64,000 nucleotides of DNA. Source: an uncultured virus (IMG/VR IMGVR_UViG_3300046524_000328). Its lineage: Duplodnaviria; Heunggongvirae; Uroviricota; Caudoviricetes. The notes under the pieces are model-generated. The model was not told where the DNA came from, did no database searches, and was given only the letters and a program-made list of their open reading frames with translations. The stretch lies in IMG/VR virus record IMGVR_UViG_3300046524_000328. The stretch is one strand, 5' to 3'. The position numbers and the translations under genes were made by a program. This document shows positions 27,007-37,199 of this stretch, one piece after another (within the stretch, counting starts at the first letter, position 1; each line of letters begins with the position of its first letter).

Positions 27007-30000
27007 TTAAACGAGGTAGTCGGAGAGGTTCAGGCCCAGGTGCTTGAACAGGGCGTTGACCGATGCAACCGGCTTGCCGTCACTGAACGCTTCACCGTCC
27101 TTGATCGTCACCCGGAAGCACTTGCGGACGTTGTCAAACGTGCGCCCCTGCAAGCCTTCCGCACCCGCCGCCGCGACCTTCTTTTGCGAGTCGGAGTAGC
27201 GAACAAACGTGATGTTTATATACGTGTTCGCGTGATAGACAAAGTGCGCTGAGTAACGGTCCTGAAACTTCGTCTCATCCGTCGTGCCGATATCGGCACC
27301 CAGTACACCCGGAATCGCGCGAATCGCGCCGAGGATGCCTTGAATGTCGACGCCAGCGGCATCGAGCGCACGCATCGACTTCGCCTTTTTCGCTGCCTGG
27401 CACATCATCTGCCATTGCGGCGACATGATAGCAAGGGCGATGGCCGTCGCATCCGCCCACGACTCGACATAGAGGCGTGCCGACTGAGGCAGTTCCATGT
27501 CGGCGCGCGCGTCCTCGACGCCCACCTTCAGCGCGATGTAGTCGCCCGTATCTTCGAACACGAGTTCCGTCAACTGGCGGCCGTGCGCGCGCGTGAAGTC
27601 CGCAGGCATATAGGACGTGTACGCCGTGGCCAATGCCGCGATTTCGTCATTCAGAAACCCGCTCTGAATGGCCGACGTCAGCGCACCGATAAACGGCGCG
27701 GCGAGCTTGTAGCGCTGCGACTGCGAAACGGTGTACCAGCGCTCTTTGCCGTCGTCGACCTTCATCTGCTCGCGGCGGAAACGCGAAATGCCATAACCGA
27801 GTGCCGATTCGAGCCGGTCCACCTGCAGGAAGTCCTGCTTGCTGTTGAACCACGCGAGCGCCCACGCTTCGAGCGCTTCAGGTGAGGTCGATTGTGCAAC
27901 GCCGTCGGGCAGGGCGTCGAAAAATGCGTCCGTCAGATTGAGCGAATCGAGCGCCTTTTCCATCGAGATATACGAGGACACACATGCGACGTCCTGAGCG
28001 GTCGCGCGCAGGCCCGTTGCGCGGGCATAGTCGCGGATAGCAGCGCAGCGGCCGGGGACGTCCATCGGCAGTTTCGGGCCGATCACGCGCATGTCTTTCA
28101 GGCGCACGTTATCGCGGAAATCGCGCTCTGCAATGAGCGGTTCCTGCTCTGCCATGATCCGCTCAATGAATGCGCTGCCCGTCGCGTTGTTCACGAGGAT
28201 GAACGGGAAAAGCGGTGCGGCGAGGCAAATCGTGTCGCTGTCGACCATCATCGACGGAATCGCAATCGTGAGCGCGTCGCGCACGTCGCCATTGAGCGAC
28301 GAATACAGATAGGGGCTTTCCGCCGAGAAACCCGACTGGGTATTGCCGATCACCTGTTCGTCAGCGGCGGCGGCGCGCGCGACGGCGGCCGAATATTCCG
28401 GCGTGTTCTTTTCCACGAACACCGGACCCGTCATGCGCAGCACTTCCGTTTCAGACTGATCGGCCGGGTTATAGCCGACAAAGCCCTTGGCGGCGTCCGT
28501 CGCCTTGCGCGGCTTGGCGACAACGAGCAGCTTGCCCTGGTACTCGACAAACGAGCCGACCGTGAGCAGGTGACCCGTCACGATCCGGGCATCGCCGCGC
28601 ATGAACTTGTCGAGCACCTCGCCCGTATAGCCGTCGTCGGTGCGGTTGCCAAACGTCACGCCCGCCTCGTCGCGCATACGGTCTGCCATCGAGAGGTCTT
28701 TCTGCCAGTTCGCGTAGGCCGTCGTCGCCTTTTCGTCGTCGGTGATGGCCGACCATTCCGAGCGCACCACGACCAGCCCGCGCGAGTCACGCGGCAGGCC
28801 GTTGAGCACTTCGAGTTGGTCTTGCAGCTTCGCGCGCAGGTCGGAAATCTGCGTATTCAGCCGCTTCGCCATCAAAGCCGACTCAGTCTTGTCGGCGCGC
28901 TCGCGCAGTTCGTTGATCTTTGCGGCCGTCTGCTGCGCCACACCGTTCTTGTTCTTGATCCACGCGGTAAAGCCCTTGCGGCCGTCCTGATCGCGCTCGC
29001 TCGGGCCGCCCATGCCGTATTTCGCAAGCCAGTTCTGTTGCGCCTCAATGATGCGCACAGCCTGCATCTGCGCGACCTTCGCCGCCATGATCTTTTGACG
29101 CTTGTTGCGCGCGGCGATTTCGTCATTGATGCGGTCCATTGCGGACGCGTCGCCGACGGCGTTTGCAAGCATTTCATAGTCGGATGCCGACAGGTCGCCC
29201 TCGATCTTGACCTTCGAGGAATCGCCCTGCATGAGCGCGCCGATCCAGTCTGCCTTGATGCCGACCAGCTTGCGCTTGTACGCGTCAAACGTGCCGTCTG
29301 CGTCGTAGTGGTAGACCTTTACCGTCTCGACCGGGTTGCCCTGACGCACGCCGCGACCGTTACGCTGATGGATGCTGTCCGGCGTCCATCCAATCGTCAT
29401 GTGATGGATAGCCTGCGTGCCCTTTTGCAGATTAATACCGACTTCCGCCTTTTTGTTGGCAATGACGATGCAATACTTGTTCTCGTCGCCGTCAGCGTTA
29501 TAGCCGTCCTGCACGTCCTGCATGCCCGCGACGTCAACCGAGACGGCATTGACGACCTTGATTTTCGCGGCCGGGATGCCGACCTGTTCCGCAATCGCCA
29601 GCTTGATCTTATGGTGCAGGCTCAGTTCGTCACAGAAAATGATCTGCTTCGACTTGCCCTGATAACGCGGGTGCAGGTTTTCGAGCTTGACGTTTTCGAT
29701 CAGCGCGGCGAGCTTGGGGCTTACCGTGATGGTCGGCGTAATGTCGTTCGCGTCGAGCAGCTTGAGCAGCGTTTCCTGCGTGCTGTAGTCCGTCGACAGC
29801 AGTTCGATTGCGCTGCCGTTGGCCGACTTTCGCGCGCGGATCGTCACGAGGAATTTCGAGACGGATTCGCCCGTTTCCGCGTCCTTTACGACCTTGGTCT
29901 TAATGTCGGCCGGGTCGGCGTTGTCATCGAAATAATCGCGTTCTTCAACGATATTCTTTTTGTTGAACGCGTCGATAGCCTTCTGCGCACCCTCGCGCTG

Positions 30001-33000
30001 ATCCGCCGAAAAATGGAACGTGAAAATGCCCTTGTCCAATTCCGGGTCGTTGATGACGCGCGTCATCTTGCGGATCAGGTTGAACGGCGAGCCCGCCAGC
30101 TTGTCCTCTGCATCGCCGCCGCCAGCCTTGAGCCGCTCGACGGCTTCGAGATACTTGTTTTTGTAGTCGATGATGGTTTCATACGACTCGCGGCCGATAT
30201 CGACGCCCGTTGCGACCTCATCGTAGGCGGGCACGCTGATATCGATGCCGTCGGCCTTGACGTCGTCCGCCGTCTTGATGAGCGCGGACGTTTGCAGCAA
30301 GCGGCGCAGCAGACCGGCGTTTTGCAGGCCCGTAAAGACGCGCACCGGCCGCATGATGCCGACAATGTTTTCTTCCTCGCGTTCTTCGATATCGCACGCG
30401 GCCGCCATGAAGGAATCCGCGCCGGTCACGCCGTACATCGCATTCACTTCGCGCTCGCCGAGCGCCAACGTCAGCATCGAATACACTTCGAGTGGGCTGT
30501 TGGTGACGGGCGTCGCGGTGAGCGCGAGCACGCCATCATTGCGCGTCGACAGACCGCGCACGTACCACGATTTCGCCTGCATATCCATGCCGCGTTGCGA
30601 CTTGGCGGGATCAGCCAGATATTTCGCGCCCTTGAACTCGCTCGACGTCAGCTTGGAGTTTTTGAAGTTGTGCGCCTCATCGAGCACGAGCGAATCAATA
30701 CCCATGTCTTCGAAGAAGGGCAGTGCGCCCGACTTTTCGCCTACGTCCTTAACGTTGCCCTGCTTGCTCGCGGCGGCGATGTTGGCGCGCTTCTTCATCG
30801 CGTCTTCTTCAGCGAGCAGATACGCGTCGTCGTTCTCCGTCAGGTACGCAATGTAGGCGTCCATCGTTTCGTCGCGCAGCGGGATCAGCTTGAACGCTTC
30901 GAGCGTCATGAAAATCTTGCTGTGACGGTTCTCGCGGATCGTGTTGAGGTCGGCCTTGACCTGCGCGTTATCGACCTTGTCTTTGCCGTCCTTACCCTTC
31001 ACGATGCCGACAAACAGACAATCTGACGTGTCGAGATACGCTTTCCCGGCTTCCTTCTTCCAGTTCGTGAGTGTCGCGTTCGGCACCACGAAAATGGTTT
31101 TCTTCTTCACACCGATGCTTTGCGCGTACTGGACGGACGCGAGCGCGGTGAGCGTCTTGCCGAGGCCCACGTCAAAGCCGAGGATGCCCGAAAACTGGCG
31201 GGAATAGCGGCGCGCGGCTGCGTACTGGTAGGCGTGCGGGCGGAACGTTGCCGTATTGAGGTTGGGAATGTCGAGCGGCGTGCCGTCCGGTTCCTCAATG
31301 AAGCGCAGCGCTTCCGGCGCGTTCAGCTTGTTGCGCAGGTGTACCTGAATCTCATCGTTTGCGCGCGCCCATGCGTCAAACTGGGCTTTCGCGTTGTCGG
31401 TGATTTCCTTGATCCGGCGCAGCAGTGCGGCCTCGCGTTGCGGGTCGGCTTCGACGTCCGACTGCTTCGACATGGTCGTGATGTTCTGGTTGCGCAGGTA
31501 GCCCTTCACAAACCGTTGCATCGCCTTGTACGCGGCCTTTTCTTCGTCGCTCGCCCACTTGCCGACAGAGGGCTGCTTGATATCGAACACGTCGCGGCCG
31601 TCGGCATCCGTCGTCAGAAAGATATCCGCCGACACGTACTGCTTGAGAAACTCCAGCTTTTGCAGCGGCGAGATATGCGGCGTGAAAAGGCTGAACGTCA
31701 TTTTCGAGACGTCCACGATATTCACGCGGGCCTTGGCCGATTCGATCTGCTTGACCAGCTTCGCGCGGATATCCGGGTCCGTGCACTGGGCGAGTTCCGC
31801 CTCTGCCTGCTTCAGAAAGTCCGCATACGAGCCGGTGTAATAGTCGTTCGCATGCGTGACGTGCTGCCCGTCGGCCGACACGCACCACTCATCCGACGTG
31901 AGCGGATCGAAGTCGGAGAACGCCTCGCGCATCTTCGCAACCGACACGTACCCGGTTTCGTCCTCGCTTTCGTACTTCGTCTTTTCGTAAAGCTGCGTGG
32001 GCGTGAGCGCGATGGTTTCGACGTTGGCTTTGATTTCGCCGAGCCAGAAGGCCGTAAATTCGCCCTTGTAGCGCGCATTGCGAATCGAGAGCAGGGCGTC
32101 TTTCACGAGGCGCGACGCCTTGCCGATGGTCTTGTTGCCGTAGTTCTGCACCTTGGCGAGTTGCGCCGAGAGGGCCGGGTACGCTTCGAGATAGTTGAAC
32201 GGCTCGACGCTGTCGGCGTCCTGCATGAGCTGCATCGCGGCCATGCCCGCCGTGATCGCTTCCCACCACGGTTGCATGTCGCCTTCGCCGAGCGAGTCGA
32301 TAGCCTTAAGCGTCGCCGTGAGCCATGCAGGCACGTCGGAATAGCTGCCCTTGGCGTTGGCATAGCGCGCATAGCCCTGCGCGTCTGCGAGCGTCACGCC
32401 CGCCGTCACGGCCGCGAATGCCGTACTGATCTTCGTGCCGACGTCGAGCATTGCGCGGTCATCGGCAACCGACGAATCGAGCGCAGTCCATTGGCCGTCG
32501 CGGTATTCCAGCGTCTGCCCGTCCTTATGGATCACGTCGCCGTCTTTGTAGACGATGGGCGCGGTTTCCGTCGTGTTCAGCAGTTCCCAGTCGATATGCG
32601 AATCGGGGAAACGGCGGATCATCTTTGCGATGTTGCTGATCGAGTCGTCGGAAATGACGGCTTCGACCTCGCCATACTTGCCGTTGGTCGTGCCGACCTC
32701 GCCGAGCACATACTTTTTGCCTGTGCCGGTGAAATAGCGGCCTTCCAGAAACTCATCCCACAGCACATTGGCCGTGCGCAGCGTGTCCGGGCTCTGCGTT
32801 TCGAGTTCGCCGATCTTCGTCGCCGCGTCGCGCGCGAACTTGCGGAAAACGATAACGTCGGTGATCGTGTCGGCGGCGGCCGACTCGCTGAAAATCTTGT
32901 TCGGCAGGCGGTACGCACCCACGAACTCAGCCATCAAAGACGCTTGCAGGCGCAGCTTCTGAGCCTTCGCACCCTTGCCGCTGACAATCGACGGCGGCAC

Positions 33001-33828
33001 GATGAAAGCGGCGAGCCCGTTCTGGCGCAGCTTCTGAAGCGAGCGCAGGATGAAATACTCTTGCAGGTTCGCCTTCTGGAAACGCTTGTCGGCCAGCTTC
33101 GCATCGCCGCGCATGGCGTTGTCGCCAAACGGGACGTTGGTGATGATCGCGTCGTAAATCTCATCGGGCGTGGCCGCCGCGACAGCCTCGAACGGCGAAA
33201 CCGTCGTGCTGACAGTCGGGCCGTCGTTGATCGCGCCATTGATTGCGCCGCTCGTTGCGTCGAGTTCGATCTGCGTCATCACGGCCGATGCCGGGCGCGT
33301 CGCGGTGAATACGCCCGTGCCTGCCGACGGGTCGAGCACAGAGCCGCCCTGGAATCCCAATTCGCCGAGCAGGCCCCACATGGCGGCAGCAACGGGCTTC
33401 GGGGTGTAATACTCGTGCGGCGAGCCGGTGAGGCCGTCCGCGCCGGTGAGTCCGCCGCCATTGCCCGAATACTTCGCGAGCACAGTGCGGTCTTCGTCGG
33501 TGACGGCGCGGCCTTCGGCCTGAATCTCGCGGATGAGGGCGATAGCGGCGTTGTTGTCGCGCTGGCGTTGCGCGAGCGTCTTGCGGCCTTCCTCAGGGTA
33601 AAACTCGCCCGTCGGTTCCGTGCGCACCGGCACGGGTTCCGGCTGCGGCTCGACCGCGACTGGCGGGCGCACGCCGAGCGCGAGCGCGATATCGCGCAGG
33701 CGCTTGCCGATCTTCAGTGCCCGGATTACGTCGCCGGTATCGGCTGACAGGGTTGCGCGCTCAGTGATGAGGTCGCGCGCCTCTTTCGCCAGCTTCAGGC
33801 GTTCGAGGTCAATTTGCAGAGAGGTCAT
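27007..33828 (-). CDS. darB: DarB-like N6-adenine methyltransferase-SNF2 helicase fusion (virion internal antirestriction protein)
   Basis: EYYTP, VLDPSAGTG, NVPF; VGLGKT, DEAH, TATPVTN and QRNGRGVRQGN; 2273 aa. Confidence 0.9.
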   Translation of the reverse strand: MTSLQIDLERLKLAKEARDLITERATLSADTGDVIRALKIGKRLRDIALALGVRPPVAVEPQPEPVPVRTEPTGEFYPEEGRKTLAQRQRDNNAAIALIREIQAEGRAVTDEDRTVLAKYSGNGGGLTGADGLTGSPHEYYTPKPVAAAMWGLLGELGFQGGSVLDPSAGTGVFTATRPASAVMTQIELDATSGAINGAINDGPTVSTTVSPFEAVAAATPDEIYDAIITNVPFGDNAMRGDAKLADKRFQKANLQEYFILRSLQKLRQNGLAAFIVPPSIVSGKGAKAQKLRLQASLMAEFVGAYRLPNKIFSESAAADTITDVIVFRKFARDAATKIGELETQSPDTLRTANVLWDEFLEGRYFTGTGKKYVLGEVGTTNGKYGEVEAVISDDSISNIAKMIRRFPDSHIDWELLNTTETAPIVYKDGDVIHKDGQTLEYRDGQWTALDSSVADDRAMLDVGTKISTAFAAVTAGVTLADAQGYARYANAKGSYSDVPAWLTATLKAIDSLGEGDMQPWWEAITAGMAAMQLMQDADSVEPFNYLEAYPALSAQLAKVQNYGNKTIGKASRLVKDALLSIRNARYKGEFTAFWLGEIKANVETIALTPTQLYEKTKYESEDETGYVSVAKMREAFSDFDPLTSDEWCVSADGQHVTHANDYYTGSYADFLKQAEAELAQCTDPDIRAKLVKQIESAKARVNIVDVSKMTFSLFTPHISPLQKLEFLKQYVSADIFLTTDADGRDVFDIKQPSVGKWASDEEKAAYKAMQRFVKGYLRNQNITTMSKQSDVEADPQREAALLRRIKEITDNAKAQFDAWARANDEIQVHLRNKLNAPEALRFIEEPDGTPLDIPNLNTATFRPHAYQYAAARRYSRQFSGILGFDVGLGKTLTALASVQYAQSIGVKKKTIFVVPNATLTNWKKEAGKAYLDTSDCLFVGIVKGKDGKDKVDNAQVKADLNTIRENRHSKIFMTLEAFKLIPLRDETMDAYIAYLTENDDAYLLAEEDAMKKRANIAAASKQGNVKDVGEKSGALPFFEDMGIDSLVLDEAHNFKNSKLTSSEFKGAKYLADPAKSQRGMDMQAKSWYVRGLSTRNDGVLALTATPVTNSPLEVYSMLTLALGEREVNAMYGVTGADSFMAAACDIEEREEENIVGIMRPVRVFTGLQNAGLLRRLLQTSALIKTADDVKADGIDISVPAYDEVATGVDIGRESYETIIDYKNKYLEAVERLKAGGGDAEDKLAGSPFNLIRKMTRVINDPELDKGIFTFHFSADQREGAQKAIDAFNKKNIVEERDYFDDNADPADIKTKVVKDAETGESVSKFLVTIRARKSANGSAIELLSTDYSTQETLLKLLDANDITPTITVSPKLAALIENVKLENLHPRYQGKSKQIIFCDELSLHHKIKLAIAEQVGIPAAKIKVVNAVSVDVAGMQDVQDGYNADGDENKYCIVIANKKAEVGINLQKGTQAIHHMTIGWTPDSIHQRNGRGVRQGNPVETVKVYHYDADGTFDAYKRKLVGIKADWIGALMQGDSSKVKIEGDLSASDYEMLANAVGDASAMDRINDEIAARNKRQKIMAAKVAQMQAVRIIEAQQNWLAKYGMGGPSERDQDGRKGFTAWIKNKNGVAQQTAAKINELRERADKTESALMAKRLNTQISDLRAKLQDQLEVLNGLPRDSRGLVVVRSEWSAITDDEKATTAYANWQKDLSMADRMRDEAGVTFGNRTDDGYTGEVLDKFMRGDARIVTGHLLTVGSFVEYQGKLLVVAKPRKATDAAKGFVGYNPADQSETEVLRMTGPVFVEKNTPEYSAAVARAAAADEQVIGNTQSGFSAESPYLYSSLNGDVRDALTIAIPSMMVDSDTICLAAPLFPFILVNNATGSAFIERIMAEQEPLIAERDFRDNVRLKDMRVIGPKLPMDVPGRCAAIRDYARATGLRATAQDVACVSSYISMEKALDSLNLTDAFFDALPDGVAQSTSPEALEAWALAWFNSKQDFLQVDRLESALGYGISRFRREQMKVDDGKERWYTVSQSQRYKLAAPFIGALTSAIQSGFLNDEIAALATAYTSYMPADFTRAHGRQLTELVFEDTGDYIALKVGVEDARADMELPQSARLYVESWADATAIALAIMSPQWQMMCQAAKKAKSMRALDAAGVDIQGILGAIRAIPGVLGADIGTTDETKFQDRYSAHFVYHANTYINITFVRYSDSQKKVAAAGAEGLQGRTFDNVRKCFRVTIKDGEAFSDGKPVASVNALFKHLGLNLSDYLV

Positions 33829-33860
33829 TGGTCGCCAATAAAGGTAGTTGGGCGCGTTAA

Positions 33861-33903
33861 ATTCTCGCGGCCCTTTCTGCCTTTACTGGCGCGGCTTTTC
33901 CTA
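33861..33903 (-). promoter_or_regulatory. candidate late promoter TAGGAAAA-N29-GAGAAT (darB)
   Basis: Family member with exact spacing. Confidence 0.75.
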
Positions 33904-33905
33904 TG

Positions 33906-33930
33906 AAAAAGCCCCTGTTTCAGGGGCTTT
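33906..33930 (-). terminator. intrinsic terminator
   Basis: AAAGCCCCTG-TTT-CAGGGGCTTT with an A tract on the + strand. Confidence 0.75.
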
Positions 33931-33942
33931 CCGGTGCCGGTG

Positions 33943-35292
33943 TTACTGCCCGCCGATGAGCTTTTGCATGTAGTCCGTGTACGAGGCGACAGATTCGCGC
34001 ACGGCCTGCTCGATATCGGCATCGCCCGGATATTTGCCGAGCGTCGCCTCGATGCGTTCGGCGATGCCGTCGGCCATCATGTCGATGCTTTGCGCGCTCA
34101 CCGACAGGAGAAACGCGAGGTCGTCGGCGCGCTCGCCGTTCGGCGCGGGCTCGATGGGCGGCACGACCGTACCGCCCTCCGGCAGCGGGTCCGTCACCGC
34201 CACAACGGGATCAGCAGCGGGCGGCGTCCAGCCGTCGTCGGGCCATTCTTCGGCCATCACGGCCGTTACTTCGGCGGCGAGGTCCGGGCGCTTCTGCGCG
34301 ATCCACGTCGCGAGCGCGGCGCGCGTCACGCCGTTGGCGTTGTCGGCCGCGAGCGAGTAGAGCACGCGATAGACGTCGATGCGGCGCAGCGCGGTGATGG
34401 AGTCGGCGGCAATGGCGATGTACTTCAGCATGGTTTCGTCGGAGAGAGGGGAGGTCGACAAGGTATCAGGGGCGGGCGGCTCGATGACCGGCTCGTTTTC
34501 CGTACCGGTCGGCTCCGGGTCTGCGACGGGTACGACCAGCTTCGGGAACGGGAACGCGTCGCACGACTTTTGCGCGGCGGCTACGGCTTCCTCAGGCGTC
34601 GCATACCAGCCAAGCGAGTCGGAGCCCGGCTTGCGCACGCCGGTGAGCGCTGCCGTGACCGTGACGCGGTATTGCACCGGGGAGCCCCATTCAACGAACA
34701 CGCGGTACAGCAGCGAGCCCATATCGTCGGCGAGCGCGACCTCGCGCAACCATTCGTTGCCTGTCGGGTTGTCCTTCACCTTGGCATACCCGGCCGCAGC
34801 CAGAGCGGGCTGATCCTGCGTGACGTCGTAGGGCATGGGCTCAGGCACCGGCGCGGCAGCGCCGAGCGCGATCACGATTTCGCGCAGGCGGCCGAGGTCG
34901 ACAAAGAACGTGTCGGAGTTTTCGTCGAGCCCGTTGAGCAGGGCTGCGCCCTCGCCGATGAGGGTAAAGGTGTCCGCGTCGCTCGCGGAGTCGTAGATAG
35001 TGGGCATTTGCGTGTCGCCGGTGTCGTCGTCAATCAAATCGTCAAGCGGCTCGATAACCTTAATGCCGTACTGCGCATTCTGGCAAAAGGCCATGTCGCC
35101 GGGCTGGAGGGCGGCGAACTGCACGAGCGAGCCGCCGCGCGCGGAAATGGGATTGAGGTCAAGAAACGACTTAAAAAACGCGATGGCGCTTTCGTCGCCC
35201 ACGTAGGCGACGGGGATTTCCTCGTCCTCATCCCATTGGGCCTCAAAGCCGCCGTGCGGCGTGAGCACCCGATAAACGGTCGTAATGGTCAT
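33943..35292 (-). CDS. mosaic internal head protein with a DarA-C-like terminus
   Basis: Shares segments with both neighbouring proteins (see findings). Confidence 0.6.
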   Translation of the reverse strand: MTITTVYRVLTPHGGFEAQWDEDEEIPVAYVGDESAIAFFKSFLDLNPISARGGSLVQFAALQPGDMAFCQNAQYGIKVIEPLDDLIDDDTGDTQMPTIYDSASDADTFTLIGEGAALLNGLDENSDTFFVDLGRLREIVIALGAAAPVPEPMPYDVTQDQPALAAAGYAKVKDNPTGNEWLREVALADDMGSLLYRVFVEWGSPVQYRVTVTAALTGVRKPGSDSLGWYATPEEAVAAAQKSCDAFPFPKLVVPVADPEPTGTENEPVIEPPAPDTLSTSPLSDETMLKYIAIAADSITALRRIDVYRVLYSLAADNANGVTRAALATWIAQKRPDLAAEVTAVMAEEWPDDGWTPPAADPVVAVTDPLPEGGTVVPPIEPAPNGERADDLAFLLSVSAQSIDMMADGIAERIEATLGKYPGDADIEQAVRESVASYTDYMQKLIGGQ

Positions 35293-37199
35293 TGCACATT
35301 CTCCGGGCCTACGAGGTCGATCAGCTTTTGCTGGCGGTCTGCTGCCGAGCCAAGGCCATCGTAGAAGTAACGATAAAAGGTGCTCGACAGGGTAATGCCA
35401 TTCAGGCGCGACGCGGCGATAACGGCCCGCACCAGTTGCATGTCGCCATGCACGTACTCATATTCGGGGTAGTCATCGCCCCGGATGGTGAGGATCAGAT
35501 AGCCTTTCGCGTTGCGCTTCGTGTTCTTGTTGCGGAACGTACCCGAAAATACCTTGTATTCACCGTTCGCCCCCACATACTGCGGGTTCTTCGATTTATC
35601 GCGCCTGAGCATGTATTCGACCTGCTCGCCTTGCACGGTGTTTTTGTCGAACGTGCTATACCAGTCATCGTCCGTCACAGGTGCTTTCGACGCGAGGTAG
35701 GCGAGCGCCTTCTCATACTGGCTTTCGAGCGCAGCGGCCTGATCCTGCTTGTCGTCAATCGCGTCAGCGTGCAGGTTCAGCTTTGCGCGCATCGCGGGCG
35801 TTGCTGCCGCGCTCAGGTAGCCGGTGATGAGGTTGAACATTTCCGGGTCTTTACCGGCGAACCACGCGGCGTCTTTGGGGTTTGCTAGGTATTGGACACC
35901 CATAGACCAAACCTCAGTGATGCCGCCACGATAGACCTTACCAACATACGGGTCGGTAAAGCCGTCTTTCCACGCCACCTCATCGCGGCCGTATGCCTTG
36001 ATGCCGGTGAGGTCGCGCAGGCTGTAGACCTTCTCATCGTCGCGCCGCTTGAGCAGAAAGCCGTTTGACGCGGCCTTGGCAATCGGATCATTCTCCAGAT
36101 GGTGCGCCAGTTCGTGAAAGAGCACCGTCTTGTTGAAATACGTGCCGAGGTTGATGACCTTTTCGCCTACGCGCGTGTCGACGCCTACCGCGTTGGCGCG
36201 CTTGCCGCCCGCGCTGATGCGGATGGTGGACGCCTTGCCGCCGCTCAGGCGGTAATACTCTGCCATGTCGCGAACGACGTCATCGGGCTTGTAGCCGAGC
36301 CGCTTGAGCTTCGTCTTGGCGTTGTCATCAATGACCTGTTCGGCCGCCCATGCGCGCGCGGCTTCCTCGGTGACGGGAGACGCTTCAGCCAGCTTCGACA
36401 GAATCTGCTTGCCGTTGTCCTCAAAGAGAGCCAGGTGCGCCGCCGCCTTGTCCGCGTCGAAACGCTTCGCGGCGGCCATCATTTCCTCATAGGCGCGCGT
36501 CTGTTCCGCGTCCGACTCGTTGTAATAGTCCTCGCGGTCGCGGCGCGCGCGGTCGAGCCGCACGAACGCGTCGTTACGGTCGACTTCCGTCACATTGCGC
36601 GAATTGAGCAGGTCATCGTATTGCCGCTTGTATTCGGCGATGACCATGTCGAGTTCGCGGATGCGGGCAATGCGCGCGCGGGTGACTTCGTTATAGCGCT
36701 CGCGAGAGGCGGTGTATTCGGGATCGTCGCGCACGCTCGTCTGCAGCAGCTTGTCGGCGTCGCGTACGTTGTCGCGCAGGCGCGCCGTATTCATGCTGCG
36801 GCCGATGCCGCGCGCCGAAAAGTGATCGAACGCGGCGAGCTTGGTCGTGTCGGTATGCGCCTGAAACTCACTTTGCGTGCTCGCTGCCCAGTTCTTCGCC
36901 TCTTGCGCGATGGAGGGCAGGCCCGCCATTGCCGCCAGTTCCGCTACCGTTTCTGCTTCGAGTGCGGCCAGCACGGGCGGCAGGTCGGCGAGCCCGGTCT
37001 GCATGTAGCGGGCAAGCGACGCGCGCGCGCCCTCGCGATCCGACAGCGACACCGCGAGCGGTGCCGGGCCGCCGAGCATGGCGAGGATTTCGCGCAGGCG
37101 ATTCAGACGGTCAAAAAAATCCGGCGCGTTCTCATCGAGCGCGGCGAGCAGCGCCGCGCCTTCGCCGATGGCCGTGAAAATCTCACCATCGGCACTCAT
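35289..37199 (-). CDS. internal head protein with a zincin-like metallopeptidase domain
   Basis: FHELAHHLE (HExxH) with downstream YVGKVY..TEVWSMGVQ. Confidence 0.7.
   Translation of the reverse strand: MSADGEIFTAIGEGAALLAALDENAPDFFDRLNRLREILAMLGGPAPLAVSLSDREGARASLARYMQTGLADLPPVLAALEAETVAELAAMAGLPSIAQEAKNWAASTQSEFQAHTDTTKLAAFDHFSARGIGRSMNTARLRDNVRDADKLLQTSVRDDPEYTASRERYNEVTRARIARIRELDMVIAEYKRQYDDLLNSRNVTEVDRNDAFVRLDRARRDREDYYNESDAEQTRAYEEMMAAAKRFDADKAAAHLALFEDNGKQILSKLAEASPVTEEAARAWAAEQVIDDNAKTKLKRLGYKPDDVVRDMAEYYRLSGGKASTIRISAGGKRANAVGVDTRVGEKVINLGTYFNKTVLFHELAHHLENDPIAKAASNGFLLKRRDDEKVYSLRDLTGIKAYGRDEVAWKDGFTDPYVGKVYRGGITEVWSMGVQYLANPKDAAWFAGKDPEMFNLITGYLSAAATPAMRAKLNLHADAIDDKQDQAAALESQYEKALAYLASKAPVTDDDWYSTFDKNTVQGEQVEYMLRRDKSKNPQYVGANGEYKVFSGTFRNKNTKRNAKGYLILTIRGDDYPEYEYVHGDMQLVRAVIAASRLNGITLSSTFYRYFYDGLGSAADRQQKLIDLVGPENVQ

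Noticed and set aside
18389..33747. Very long plus-strand ORFs (18389-21520, 27892-31026, 31120-33747, also 11158-12978)
   Set aside because: They are antisense shadows of GC-rich minus-strand genes that have recognisable motifs.
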